From Anaerolineae bacterium (GTDB lineage: Bacteria; Chloroflexota; Anaerolineae; S140-20), in NCBI GenBank assembly GCA_027021705.1, contig JALUTT010000153.1:1-24089 (forward strand): a stretch of 24,089 nucleotides of DNA, written 5' to 3'. The notes below the pieces were generated by a model, which saw only the letters and a list, made by a program, of their open reading frames with translations, had not been told where the DNA came from and searched no databases. The position numbers were made by a program, and so were the translations under genes. Position 1 is the first letter of the stretch, and each line of letters begins with the position of its first letter. Of this stretch, positions 7,162-15,158 are shown piece by piece.

Positions 7162-8196
7162 CTACTCCCCCCGTAGTCGGGGGTCGAAGGCGTCGCGGAG
7201 GCCATCGCCCAGGAAGTTGAAGGCCAAGGTGGTGAGCGTCAGCGCCAGGGCCGGCACGAAGACTTCGTGGGGGTAAGTCCGCAGCGCCTGATAGGTCTCC
7301 GAGATCATCAGCCCCCAACTGGGGGTGGGCGGGTTGACGCCCAGGCCGATGAAGCTGAGGAAGGCTTCCAGAAAGATGTAGCCGGGGATGGCCAGGGTCT
7401 CCGCCACGATGCAGGGGCCCAGGATGTTGGGCAGCAGATGGCGGAAGATGATGCGCCGGTTGGTGGCTCCGACGGCCCGGGCTGCCTCGACGAATTCCTT
7501 TTCCTTGTAGGAGAGGGTCTGGCCGCGGGCGATGCGGGCCATACCCAGCCAGTTGACCAGGCCCAGGGCGATAAAGAGGAAGAACATCCCGCCCATCGCC
7601 TTGTCAATGTTGATGAAGAGATTGGCGATCCCCCCACCGCCACCTCGCCGGGAGAGGGCCTTGAAGTAGACCTGCATCAGGATGATGAAGATGATGAGAG
7701 GGAAGCCATAGAGGAAATCCACGAAGCGCATCATCAGGTTGTCCACGCGGGTGCTGGAGTACCCTGAGATGAGGCCGTAGGTGATGCCCACGACGAGGCT
7801 CACGAAGGCCGCCACGAAGGCCACGGAGAGCGACACCCGGGTGCCATACAGCGTTCGGCTCAGGATGTCACGGCCCAGGTAATCCACGCCCAGGAGGTAG
7901 AACTTGCCGTCCTCGGTCCGGGTGAAGAGACCGGTATCGTGGTAGCGGAAGTTGACCTCGGCGAAGTGATAGGGAGCCAGGAGGGGACGGACCTCTCCAC
8001 CGGTGAAGAAGGCGATGACGGTGGTATCGGCGAAGATGGCGACTAGAACGAGGAGGATGAGGAAGATGCCGCTGATGACGGCGACGCGGTTCTTCAAAAG
8101 CTGCCGGCAGGCATCGGCCAGGGGACTGCGCCCACGCCGGACGGCCTCCTCCAATCGCAATTGAGCTACCTCTTGCGGTGTCGCTTCAGCAGCCAT
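7162..8196 (-). CDS. oppC: Oligopeptide/nickel-family ABC transporter permease (OppC type), cluster A
   Basis: LGVDYLGRDILSR, EAA loop EFVEAARAVGA, RHLLPN, LSFIGLG..PPTPSWG, C-terminal GDGLRDAFDPR. Confidence 0.92.
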   Translation of the reverse strand: MAAEATPQEVAQLRLEEAVRRGRSPLADACRQLLKNRVAVISGIFLILLVLVAIFADTTVIAFFTGGEVRPLLAPYHFAEVNFRYHDTGLFTRTEDGKFYLLGVDYLGRDILSRTLYGTRVSLSVAFVAAFVSLVVGITYGLISGYSSTRVDNLMMRFVDFLYGFPLIIFIILMQVYFKALSRRGGGGGIANLFINIDKAMGGMFFLFIALGLVNWLGMARIARGQTLSYKEKEFVEAARAVGATNRRIIFRHLLPNILGPCIVAETLAIPGYIFLEAFLSFIGLGVNPPTPSWGLMISETYQALRTYPHEVFVPALALTLTTLAFNFLGDGLRDAFDPRLRGE

Positions 8197-8237
8197 AGCG
8201 CCTCCTGCCTTGAGGGAGAATGGCTTCTCTCACGAGC

Positions 8238-9212
8238 CTACTCGTAGCGGATGCGGGGATCCAGCCAGGCGTAGGTGATGTCCACCGCCAGGTTAGCGAC
8301 AACCAGCAGCACGGAGTAGAGCAGGGTCGTCCCCATCACGATGGGGTAGTCCCGGTTGTTGACGCTGTCCACGAAGTGCTGCCCCATACCGCTGATGCCG
8401 AAGATCTGCTCAACCACGAAGGTCCCTGTGACGATGGCGGCGAAGAGAGGGCCGAGCACGGTGACGACAGGGATGAGGGCGTTTTTCATCGCGTGGACGA
8501 TGATGATGGTGCGCTCTCGCAGCCCCTTGGCCCGGGCCGTGCGGATGTAGTCCTCCCGGATAACCTGCAGCAGGCTGGCTCGCGTCAGCCGGGCGATGCT
8601 GGCCGAGAGCCCGGTCCCCAGAGCCACGGTAGGAAGCACCGCGTGTTTCCAGAAGTCTGAGGTCATCGGAGGGATGAACCCCAGGTAGAACTGGGTGTAG
8701 TCGGCTCCCCACCGGGCGACCGGGAACCAGCCCAGCTTGAGGCCGAAGGCCCAGATGAGGAAGGGGGCGAGGACGATGTTGGGGATGGAAACGCCTAGGA
8801 TGGCGATGAAGGAGCTAAAGTAGTCCACCCAGGTGTTGTGCTTGAGGGCCGCTAGGGTACCTGCTGGTATCCCGATGATCAGGGCCAAGGCTAGGGAGAG
8901 AATGCCCAACTGGAAGGAGACCGGGAAGGTCTGCTTGATGATGTCGTTGACGGTCAGGGAGCGGTAGCGGAAGGAGGGACCCAGGTCTCCGTGCAGGAGG
9001 TCCCACAGCCAGGCAGCGAACTGCTTCCAGAGGGGCCAGTCCAGGTGGTACTTGCGTTCCAGATTCGCCACCACGCTGGGGGGCAAGCTACGGTCTCCGG
9101 CGAAGTCGAAAGGGCCTCCTGGCATCGCTCGGGCCAGCACAAAGGTGACCAGCGCGATAGCGAACAGCACAGGGATGAACCACAAGATGCGTCGGACGAT
9201 ATATCGGGTCAT
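8238..9212 (-). CDS. oppB: Oligopeptide ABC transporter permease (OppB type), cluster A
   Basis: MTRYIVRR start, PGGPF, GDLGPSF, EDYIRTARAKGL, VVEQIF, LDPRIRY. Confidence 0.92.
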   Translation of the reverse strand: MTRYIVRRILWFIPVLFAIALVTFVLARAMPGGPFDFAGDRSLPPSVVANLERKYHLDWPLWKQFAAWLWDLLHGDLGPSFRYRSLTVNDIIKQTFPVSFQLGILSLALALIIGIPAGTLAALKHNTWVDYFSSFIAILGVSIPNIVLAPFLIWAFGLKLGWFPVARWGADYTQFYLGFIPPMTSDFWKHAVLPTVALGTGLSASIARLTRASLLQVIREDYIRTARAKGLRERTIIIVHAMKNALIPVVTVLGPLFAAIVTGTFVVEQIFGISGMGQHFVDSVNNRDYPIVMGTTLLYSVLLVVANLAVDITYAWLDPRIRYE

Positions 9213-9250
9213 TCGGTCCTCGCCTCGTCAAGGGGGGGCAGGCAGGTGAG

Positions 9251-9286
9251 CGGTGGCTGTGGGTCCATCAAGACCCACAGCCACCG
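9251..9286 (-). other. Strong intercistronic hairpin 3' of oppA (mRNA stabiliser or partial terminator)
   Basis: Perfect 15-bp stem CGGTGGCTGTGGGTC / GACCCACAGCCACCG with a 6-nt loop. No U-tract on the - strand. Confidence 0.7.
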
Positions 9287-9300
9287 ATAGGGTGCGGTTG

Positions 9301-11226
9301 CTACTTGCCCATAGCCGCCTTCTTGGCCTCCCAGTCAATCTTCCACTTCCAGATGTGGAGCCGACCGGGGTCACCCCAGACCCGATCCAGCCACGGCTTG
9401 CCGACGGCGACACGGGTGTAGTAGTAGATGGGGGCGATGCCTACGATCTCGTCCACGAAGAGCCGCTCGGCCTCCTTGTAGAGCTCCTTCTGCTTCTCCG
9501 GATCGGGCTCGACCTGGGCCTGCTTGGTCAGCTGGGCGAACTTCGCCACCGCCTCGCCAACCTGGGGGTCATCCTCGCTGATGAGAGGCTCGTTGGCCCC
9601 CTCGGTGGGATGGAAGACCTCGTGGATCCAGTTGTTGGCGTGCGGGTAGTCGGCGCACCAGCCCAGCCGATAGACGTTGGGCTTGTCCTCCAGCGGGCTT
9701 TCCCGATCAATGGTCTTCAGGTAGACCCGCCACTCCTGGGTCTCGATGGTGACGTTGATCTTCGGGTAGGCGCTCTTCCACATTGCCTGGATGGCCTGGG
9801 CGATCCGGGCGTGCCCCTCGCTGACGTTGTGCATCAGCAGGATGTCCAGCCCCTCGCCGTCGGGGTAGCCGGCCTCCTCCAGGAGCTTCTTGCCCTCGGC
9901 AACGGCCTTCTCGTAGCCCCAACCGCCCATATCCTCCGGCAGTGCCCACGGAGCAATGTCGGGATCGAGGGCCGGGGAGCCGAAGTTCAGGGGGTTGGTG
10001 AAGGCGTTGGCCGGGATCTGCCCACCCTTGGTCACCGTCTCGACCAAGGTCTTGCGGTCAATGCCCATCGAGAGCGCCTTGCGCACCCGGACATCATCCG
10101 TGGGCGGCTTCTTGGTGATGAAGCCGTAGTAGTAGGTGCAGTTGATGGGCGTGTTGACGAACTCCTTGCTGAGCTGCGGGTCCGCCTTCACCCGCTCGAT
10201 CTGGTCCAGCGGCACACCTGCCGTGTCCAGCTCGTTGTCCTCGTAGAGGGCGAAGGCCGTCGAGGCTTCTTCGATCATCACACCGTAGACCTTCTCGATG
10301 TTCCCGGCCTCGTCGGCAAGCTCCTCCCAGCCGTACCACAGCGGGTTCTTCTCCAAGGTCAGGTGATCGCCGTGGACCCACTCGGTCATCACGTATGGAC
10401 CGTTGGTCTGGATGAAGCCCGGCTCGATCCAGCGCTCACCCTTCTCCTCGATGATCCACTGGGGCATCGGGCGGGCGATCCACATGCTGGCGATCTGCGG
10501 GAAGAAGCCGGCTCCGTACTCCAGGGTGAACTCTACGGTGAAATCATCCACGGCGCGGACCCCCACAGCATCGTAGAGCTCCTGGAAGTTCTCCGCCTCC
10601 GGATCGGCCATGTTCAGGTCCGCGCAGCCCTTGACAATGTAAAGCACATAGGCGTAGTCGGAGCCGGTGCGCGGGTCGCAGGTGCGCTTCACGCCGTAGA
10701 CCACGTCGTGGGCGTTCACAATGCGGACGTTGCCTTCATCGTCAGTGACTTCCTCGACCTGACCGGTGGTGGGGTCGTAGCGCACCCACGGAACGTCGTT
10801 GCGCATCTTGAAGGTCCAGACTGTCCGGTCCTCGTTGGAAGACCACTCGGTGGCCAATTCGGGGATGGCCTCCATCGTCTCGTCATCGAGGTCCGTCAAG
10901 CCCAGGAAGAGCTCCTCGATGACGCCCACCGAGGTGGTGTCCGTCGCCAGAGAGGGGTCCGCCGTCGGGGGCTCGGTGCCCCAGTTGATGTTCAGGGTCA
11001 CCTTCTCCTCGCCGGGGACCGGGGTCGGGGTGACCTCGACGATCTTCTCGACCTCTTTCTCCACGATCTTGGTGACGACCACTGTGGCACCTTCCTTCTC
11101 TACCACCTCGGTGACCACAACGGTCTCCTTGACGACCTGGGGCGTAGGCTGAGCGCAGGCGGAGAGGACCACGCTGGCGATGACCACGAAAGCCCAGAGG
11201 GTCAACCACCTTCTTCGAGCAAGCAT
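9301..11226 (-). CDS. oppA: Oligopeptide ABC transporter substrate-binding lipoprotein (family 5), cluster A
   Basis: Lipobox LSAC, V/E/K-rich linker, PELATEW, TNGPY, CTYYY, RVRKALS..IDR, RLGWCADY. RBS GGAGGAGG. Confidence 0.92.
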   Translation of the reverse strand: MLARRRWLTLWAFVVIASVVLSACAQPTPQVVKETVVVTEVVEKEGATVVVTKIVEKEVEKIVEVTPTPVPGEEKVTLNINWGTEPPTADPSLATDTTSVGVIEELFLGLTDLDDETMEAIPELATEWSSNEDRTVWTFKMRNDVPWVRYDPTTGQVEEVTDDEGNVRIVNAHDVVYGVKRTCDPRTGSDYAYVLYIVKGCADLNMADPEAENFQELYDAVGVRAVDDFTVEFTLEYGAGFFPQIASMWIARPMPQWIIEEKGERWIEPGFIQTNGPYVMTEWVHGDHLTLEKNPLWYGWEELADEAGNIEKVYGVMIEEASTAFALYEDNELDTAGVPLDQIERVKADPQLSKEFVNTPINCTYYYGFITKKPPTDDVRVRKALSMGIDRKTLVETVTKGGQIPANAFTNPLNFGSPALDPDIAPWALPEDMGGWGYEKAVAEGKKLLEEAGYPDGEGLDILLMHNVSEGHARIAQAIQAMWKSAYPKINVTIETQEWRVYLKTIDRESPLEDKPNVYRLGWCADYPHANNWIHEVFHPTEGANEPLISEDDPQVGEAVAKFAQLTKQAQVEPDPEKQKELYKEAERLFVDEIVGIAPIYYYTRVAVGKPWLDRVWGDPGRLHIWKWKIDWEAKKAAMGK

Positions 11227-11320
11227 TTCCTCCTCCTCCTTTGGGTTACAGGGTAGGCGAAAGGAACAGCAGCAAGGCGACTATCCTCGGCTCGGTCCTT
11301 TCCCGCGATAGTGAGCAGGC

Positions 11321-11333
11321 ATCACCTCCTTTC
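11321..11333 (-). promoter_or_regulatory. Stand-alone extended Shine-Dalgarno-like element upstream of oppA
   Basis: The - strand reads GAAAGGAGGTGAT, complementary to the conserved 16S 3' tail (AUCACCUCCUUUC). It lies ~95 nt upstream of oppA, which has its own RBS. Confidence 0.55.
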
Positions 11334-11388
11334 CTGGTTTGTGCTCAGACTGTGCGCATCGGGTTTTCCGGGGGCCACCGGGCTGGTC

Positions 11389-12381
11389 TCACCCGGCCAG
11401 GTGGCAGGCGACCCGATGGCCTGAGGCCACCTCTTTCAGTTCCGGTTCCACCTCGAAGCAGACCTCCATCGCCACCGGACAGCGGGTGCTGAAGTTGCAG
11501 CCCCGAGGCGGATTCGCCGGACTGGGGACATCGCCTTCCAGGATGATTCGCTCCCGCTTTTCCTCGATGACCGGATCCGGGATCGGCACCGCCGAGAGCA
11601 GGGCTTGGGTGTAAGGGTGCAGGGGGTTGGTGTAGAGGCTGTCGCGGTCCGTCAATTCGACGATCTTTCCCAGGTACATCACCGCCACCCGGTCGCTGAT
11701 GTGGCGCACCATGCTCAGGTCGTGGGCGATGAACAAGTAGGTCAGCCCAAACCGCTCCTGCAACTCCTCCAGCAGGTTCACCACCTGGGCCTGGATGGAG
11801 ACATCCAACGCCGAGATCGGCTCGTCGCAGACGATGAAGTCGGGCTGCAAGGCCAACGCCCGAGCGATTCCGATCCGCTGGCGTTGGCCGCCGGAGAACT
11901 CGTGGGGGTAGCGGTTGATGAAGTAGGGGTTGAGGCCCACCAGTTGGAGGAGTTCCTGAACCCGCTCCCGCTTTTCTTTGCCGCGTGCCACCCCGTGCAC
12001 CTCCAGGGGTTCGGCGATGATGTTGCCCACGGTCATCCGAGGGTTGAGGGAGGCATAGGGGTCCTGGAAGATCATCTGCATCCGGCGGCGCATCCGCCGG
12101 AGGGCGTTGCCCTTGAGTTGGACGAGGTTGACGCCGTCGAAGAAGACCTGGCCGGCGGTGGGGCGGTAGAGTTGGAGGATGGTCCGGCCGGTGGTGGACT
12201 TGCCGCAGCCGCTTTCTCCCACCAGGCCCAGGGTCTCGCCCCGGAAGATCTCGAAGGAGATGCCGTCCACGGCCTTGACATCGCCGATGTGGCGTTGGAA
12301 GACGATGCCCCGGGTGATGGGGAAGTACTTTTTCAGCCCTTCGACGCGGACGAGGACATCACGACCGTTCTTATCGGACAC
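11389..12381 (-). CDS. oppF: Oligopeptide/dipeptide ABC transporter ATP-binding protein (OppF type), cluster A
   Basis: Walker [10 protein letters not shown], signature FSGGQRQR, Walker B FIVCDEP, HPYT, Cys-rich C-terminal domain. GTG start. Confidence 0.93.
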   Translation of the reverse strand: MSDKNGRDVLVRVEGLKKYFPITRGIVFQRHIGDVKAVDGISFEIFRGETLGLVGESGCGKSTTGRTILQLYRPTAGQVFFDGVNLVQLKGNALRRMRRRMQMIFQDPYASLNPRMTVGNIIAEPLEVHGVARGKEKRERVQELLQLVGLNPYFINRYPHEFSGGQRQRIGIARALALQPDFIVCDEPISALDVSIQAQVVNLLEELQERFGLTYLFIAHDLSMVRHISDRVAVMYLGKIVELTDRDSLYTNPLHPYTQALLSAVPIPDPVIEEKRERIILEGDVPSPANPPRGCNFSTRCPVAMEVCFEVEPELKEVASGHRVACHLAG

Positions 12382-13369
12382 GGGACCACACCCCTTCCGT
12401 TTGGGTCTTTTCCCAGCAGGCGACCCGGTGGGCGTCGCCGACGGGTTCCAGGGCGGGATTCTCGTGGAGGCAGCGCTCGGAGGCGTACCGGCAGCGGGGG
12501 GCGAAGGGGCAGCCTGGGGGAGGGGCGACGAGGTCGGGGGGCTGCCCTGGGATGGAGAGGAGGCGGGTGCCGGGCGCTTCGTCGAGGCGGGGGAGGGAGC
12601 CGAGGAGGCCGATGGTGTAGGGGTGGCGGGGGGAGCCGTAGAGTTCCTTGACGGGGGCCTCCTCGATGATGTAGCCGGCGTACATCACGATGACCCGCTG
12701 GGTGAGCCGAGCGACGACGCCCAGGTCGTGGGTGATCCAGATGACGGCCATACCCAGCTTTTCCTGGAGGCGCTTGACCAGGTCAATGATCTGGGCCTGG
12801 ATGGTGACGTCGAGGGCGGTGGTGGGCTCGTCGGCGATGAGGAGCATCGGGTTGCAGGAGAGAGCCATCGCGATCATCGCCCGCTGACGCATTCCGCCGG
12901 AGAACTGGTGGGGGTAGTCGTCGAGGCGCTCCCGCGCCTGGGGGATGCCGACCATCGTGAGGAGTTGGGCGGCGCGGTCGCGGGCCTCCTTGTCGCTCAT
13001 CCCTTGGTGGAGCTTGAGGGCTTCGGTGATCTGGAAGCCGACGGTGAGGACGGGGTTGAGGGAGGTCATCGGGTCTTGGAAGACCATAGCGATCTCGGCC
13101 CCTCGGACCTGGCGCATCTCCTCGTCGCTGAGGCGGAGGAGGTCGCGTCCGTAGAAGAAGACCTGACCGTCTACGATCTTGCCTGGGGGGTCGGGGATGA
13201 GGCGCATCAGGGAGAGGACGCTGACGCTCTTGCCGCAGCCACTCTCGCCGACGATGCCGAGGGTCTCGCCCTCGTCCAGAGAATAGGAGATGCCGTTGAC
13301 GGCGTGGACGACGCCGTCCTGGGTGTAGAAGCGGGTGGTGAGATTGCGAACCTCCAGAAGGCTGGCCAA
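12371..13369 (-). CDS. oppD: Oligopeptide/dipeptide ABC transporter ATP-binding protein (OppD type), cluster A
   Basis: [50 protein letters not shown]. Probable TTG start at 13369 after GAGGAGG. Confidence 0.93.
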   Translation of the reverse strand: MASLLEVRNLTTRFYTQDGVVHAVNGISYSLDEGETLGIVGESGCGKSVSVLSLMRLIPDPPGKIVDGQVFFYGRDLLRLSDEEMRQVRGAEIAMVFQDPMTSLNPVLTVGFQITEALKLHQGMSDKEARDRAAQLLTMVGIPQARERLDDYPHQFSGGMRQRAMIAMALSCNPMLLIADEPTTALDVTIQAQIIDLVKRLQEKLGMAVIWITHDLGVVARLTQRVIVMYAGYIIEEAPVKELYGSPRHPYTIGLLGSLPRLDEAPGTRLLSIPGQPPDLVAPPPGCPFAPRCRYASERCLHENPALEPVGDAHRVACWEKTQTEGVWSRVR

Positions 13370-13540
13370 CCTGGTTCCTCCTCGGTGGTGGGTGGTCGGG
13401 CCGTCACCGCGAAGCACGCTAGCTCAGGTGGACCGATGATGACCGCAGATAGGCATCCGTGTGGAGAAATCGAGGCTTCCCTTCTGGATTAGGGAAGTTG
13501 CTACACCAGGTCCGGCCCGGTCGGTCTCAGTGGCACGATT

Positions 13541-13569
13541 ATTGTAGACCAAACTGCCCTTGCTGTCAA
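13541..13569 (-). promoter_or_regulatory. Sigma70 promoter of opp cluster A
   Basis: TTGACA-17 nt-TACAAT on the - strand. Conserved in the paralogous position at 24054-24082. Confidence 0.8.
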
Positions 13570-13595
13570 GGGTTTCGTTCTAGGATTGATCGGTT

Positions 13596-15053
13596 TCATC
13601 GCCATTCCTGGCCTGTGAGGGCTTTGTACGCCGCTCGAACCTGCACATCGGGGATCTCGCGGAGGCCCCATGTCCCCAAGGGCACCCGGATGTCCGGCTG
13701 GACGCCCACGCCCTCCAATGTGCTCCCATCGGGCAACTGGAGCGTGGAGACGGCCAGGCGGATCAGGGAGCCGTCGGGGAGGCTGAAGCCGGTGATCCCC
13801 TCGGTGTTGCCGGCCGTCGGCATCCCGACCAGGACGGCTCGCCCCGACTGTTGCATCGCCGTGGCGAAGTACTCGGAGGCGCTGTGGCTGTTTCCATCAA
13901 TGAGCACGGCCACCGGCGTTGTCTCGTTCCAGCGCACCGGCCCCCGAATGCGGTAGATGGTCTGGGTCGCATCCTTGCGCAAGGGACCGACCTTGCCGAA
14001 GACCCCGCTGGTGAAGATGGCGATGGAGCGGTCGGCATTCCCTCCTGGGTTGTGGCGGATGTCCACGATCAGGCCATCCAACGGCTGTTCCTCTTCCAGC
14101 AACTGGATGGCCTGGAGGATGTTCACGTCGGCGTCTCCGCCGAAGTCGGGCACCCGGATGTAGCCGATGCGAGGGTTCTCGCTCAGCAGGCCATACCGCC
14201 ATCCATCGCAGCCGGCCACCGCCCCAAAGCGCAGGCGGATCTCCTCGGGATCTCGGTCCGGCCCCCGCTGCACCGTGAGCGTGACCGCCTCGTGATCTCC
14301 GTACAACGCCTCACGGATAGAGGGCCAGTCGAAGCCTTCTTCGGAGCGGACCACGGGCTGGCCGTTGATGGCGAGGACCACGTCGCCCCGCTGAAGGCCG
14401 GCCTGGGCCGCCGGCCCGATCTCGCAGACGTACCAGATCATCAACTGCTCGTCCTCCCGCGCCGGCCAGATGATCAGCCCGGCTGCAGGGCGGCCCGTCC
14501 GCTCTTCCGGCGGTGTCAACTCGAATTCGACGGCGAAGCGGTCAGGGCGGACGAACCGACTGTGGTCATCGCGCAGTTCGGCGATGAAGGCTTCCATCAG
14601 GTCCCAAAAGGCCTCCTGGCTCTGAACCGCTTCCACCTGGGGCAGGTACGCCTCCCGCACTGCGTCCCAGTCCACGCCGTTGAAGTTGTCCCGCACGTAG
14701 TTGTCCTTGACGATCTGCCACGCCTTCTCGAAGATCGCCACGTAGTCGCCGGCCGCTTCAGGCCCGCCGACGGACGTCGGTGTGGGCGTCCGGGTGGGGA
14801 TGACCACGGCGGTGAGGAGGGCCTGGGCCGTCGCCCGAGGACCGGTGAGCGGTTTGGGCGTCGGGGTGTCCGTTGGGCCTGTCGGTGCAGGGGTGGCCGT
14901 CGCCTCCGGGGTGGCGATGGGAGCCGTCGCCGTCTCCGGGACCATCTCAGCCGTGGGAGAGGGGGGAGCCTCCGTTGGCGTTGCCTTGCAGCCTCCAACC
15001 ATCAGCACCAGCACGCCTCCCCATATCACAATGAAAGCAGCCAACCGTTTCAT
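13596..15053 (-). CDS. S41-family peptidase lipoprotein with PDZ domain, 485 aa
   Basis: Lipobox VGGC and P/T/A-rich linker. FNGVDW, DDHSRF, PDZ motif PAAQAGLQRGDVVLAING, IGYIRV, DIRHNPGG, SHSASE, EGVGVQPDI. RBS GAGGAGA. Confidence 0.88.
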   Translation of the reverse strand: MKRLAAFIVIWGGVLVLMVGGCKATPTEAPPSPTAEMVPETATAPIATPEATATPAPTGPTDTPTPKPLTGPRATAQALLTAVVIPTRTPTPTSVGGPEAAGDYVAIFEKAWQIVKDNYVRDNFNGVDWDAVREAYLPQVEAVQSQEAFWDLMEAFIAELRDDHSRFVRPDRFAVEFELTPPEERTGRPAAGLIIWPAREDEQLMIWYVCEIGPAAQAGLQRGDVVLAINGQPVVRSEEGFDWPSIREALYGDHEAVTLTVQRGPDRDPEEIRLRFGAVAGCDGWRYGLLSENPRIGYIRVPDFGGDADVNILQAIQLLEEEQPLDGLIVDIRHNPGGNADRSIAIFTSGVFGKVGPLRKDATQTIYRIRGPVRWNETTPVAVLIDGNSHSASEYFATAMQQSGRAVLVGMPTAGNTEGITGFSLPDGSLIRLAVSTLQLPDGSTLEGVGVQPDIRVPLGTWGLREIPDVQVRAAYKALTGQEWR

Positions 15054-15158
15054 AGCACTCTCCTCCTCGTTGCATCCACAGTCGTATGCGCGGTTGTACC
15101 CGCGCGGATGATGGACCGATGGAGATCAGCCCCATCACCCTGTTCCTCTCGCTCCCCC

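Larger units (their letters stand above)
11316..13453. repeat. 2138-bp direct repeat, copy A (oppD-oppF plus flanks)
   Basis: Matches 21889-24026 at a constant offset of 10573. The encoded proteins and the alternative-frame ORFs listed for both copies are identical. Confidence 0.92.

Noticed and set aside
11321..11334. 16S rRNA 3'-end fragment (ATCACCTCCTTTC on +)
   Set aside because: No flanking rRNA sequence. Better read as an SD-like element on the - strand.
675..13369. Staphylopine-like metallophore system (opine dehydrogenase + Opp-type importer)
   Set aside because: No nicotianamine synthase-like gene, racemase or exporter is present. The dehydrogenase is not CntM-like by motifs, cluster A OppA has canonical peptide-binding motifs, and the units are convergent.
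13385..13453. c-di-GMP-II-like GAGCTAG..TGC in the oppD leader
   Set aside because: The upstream conserved kink-turn and pseudoknot elements are not visible.
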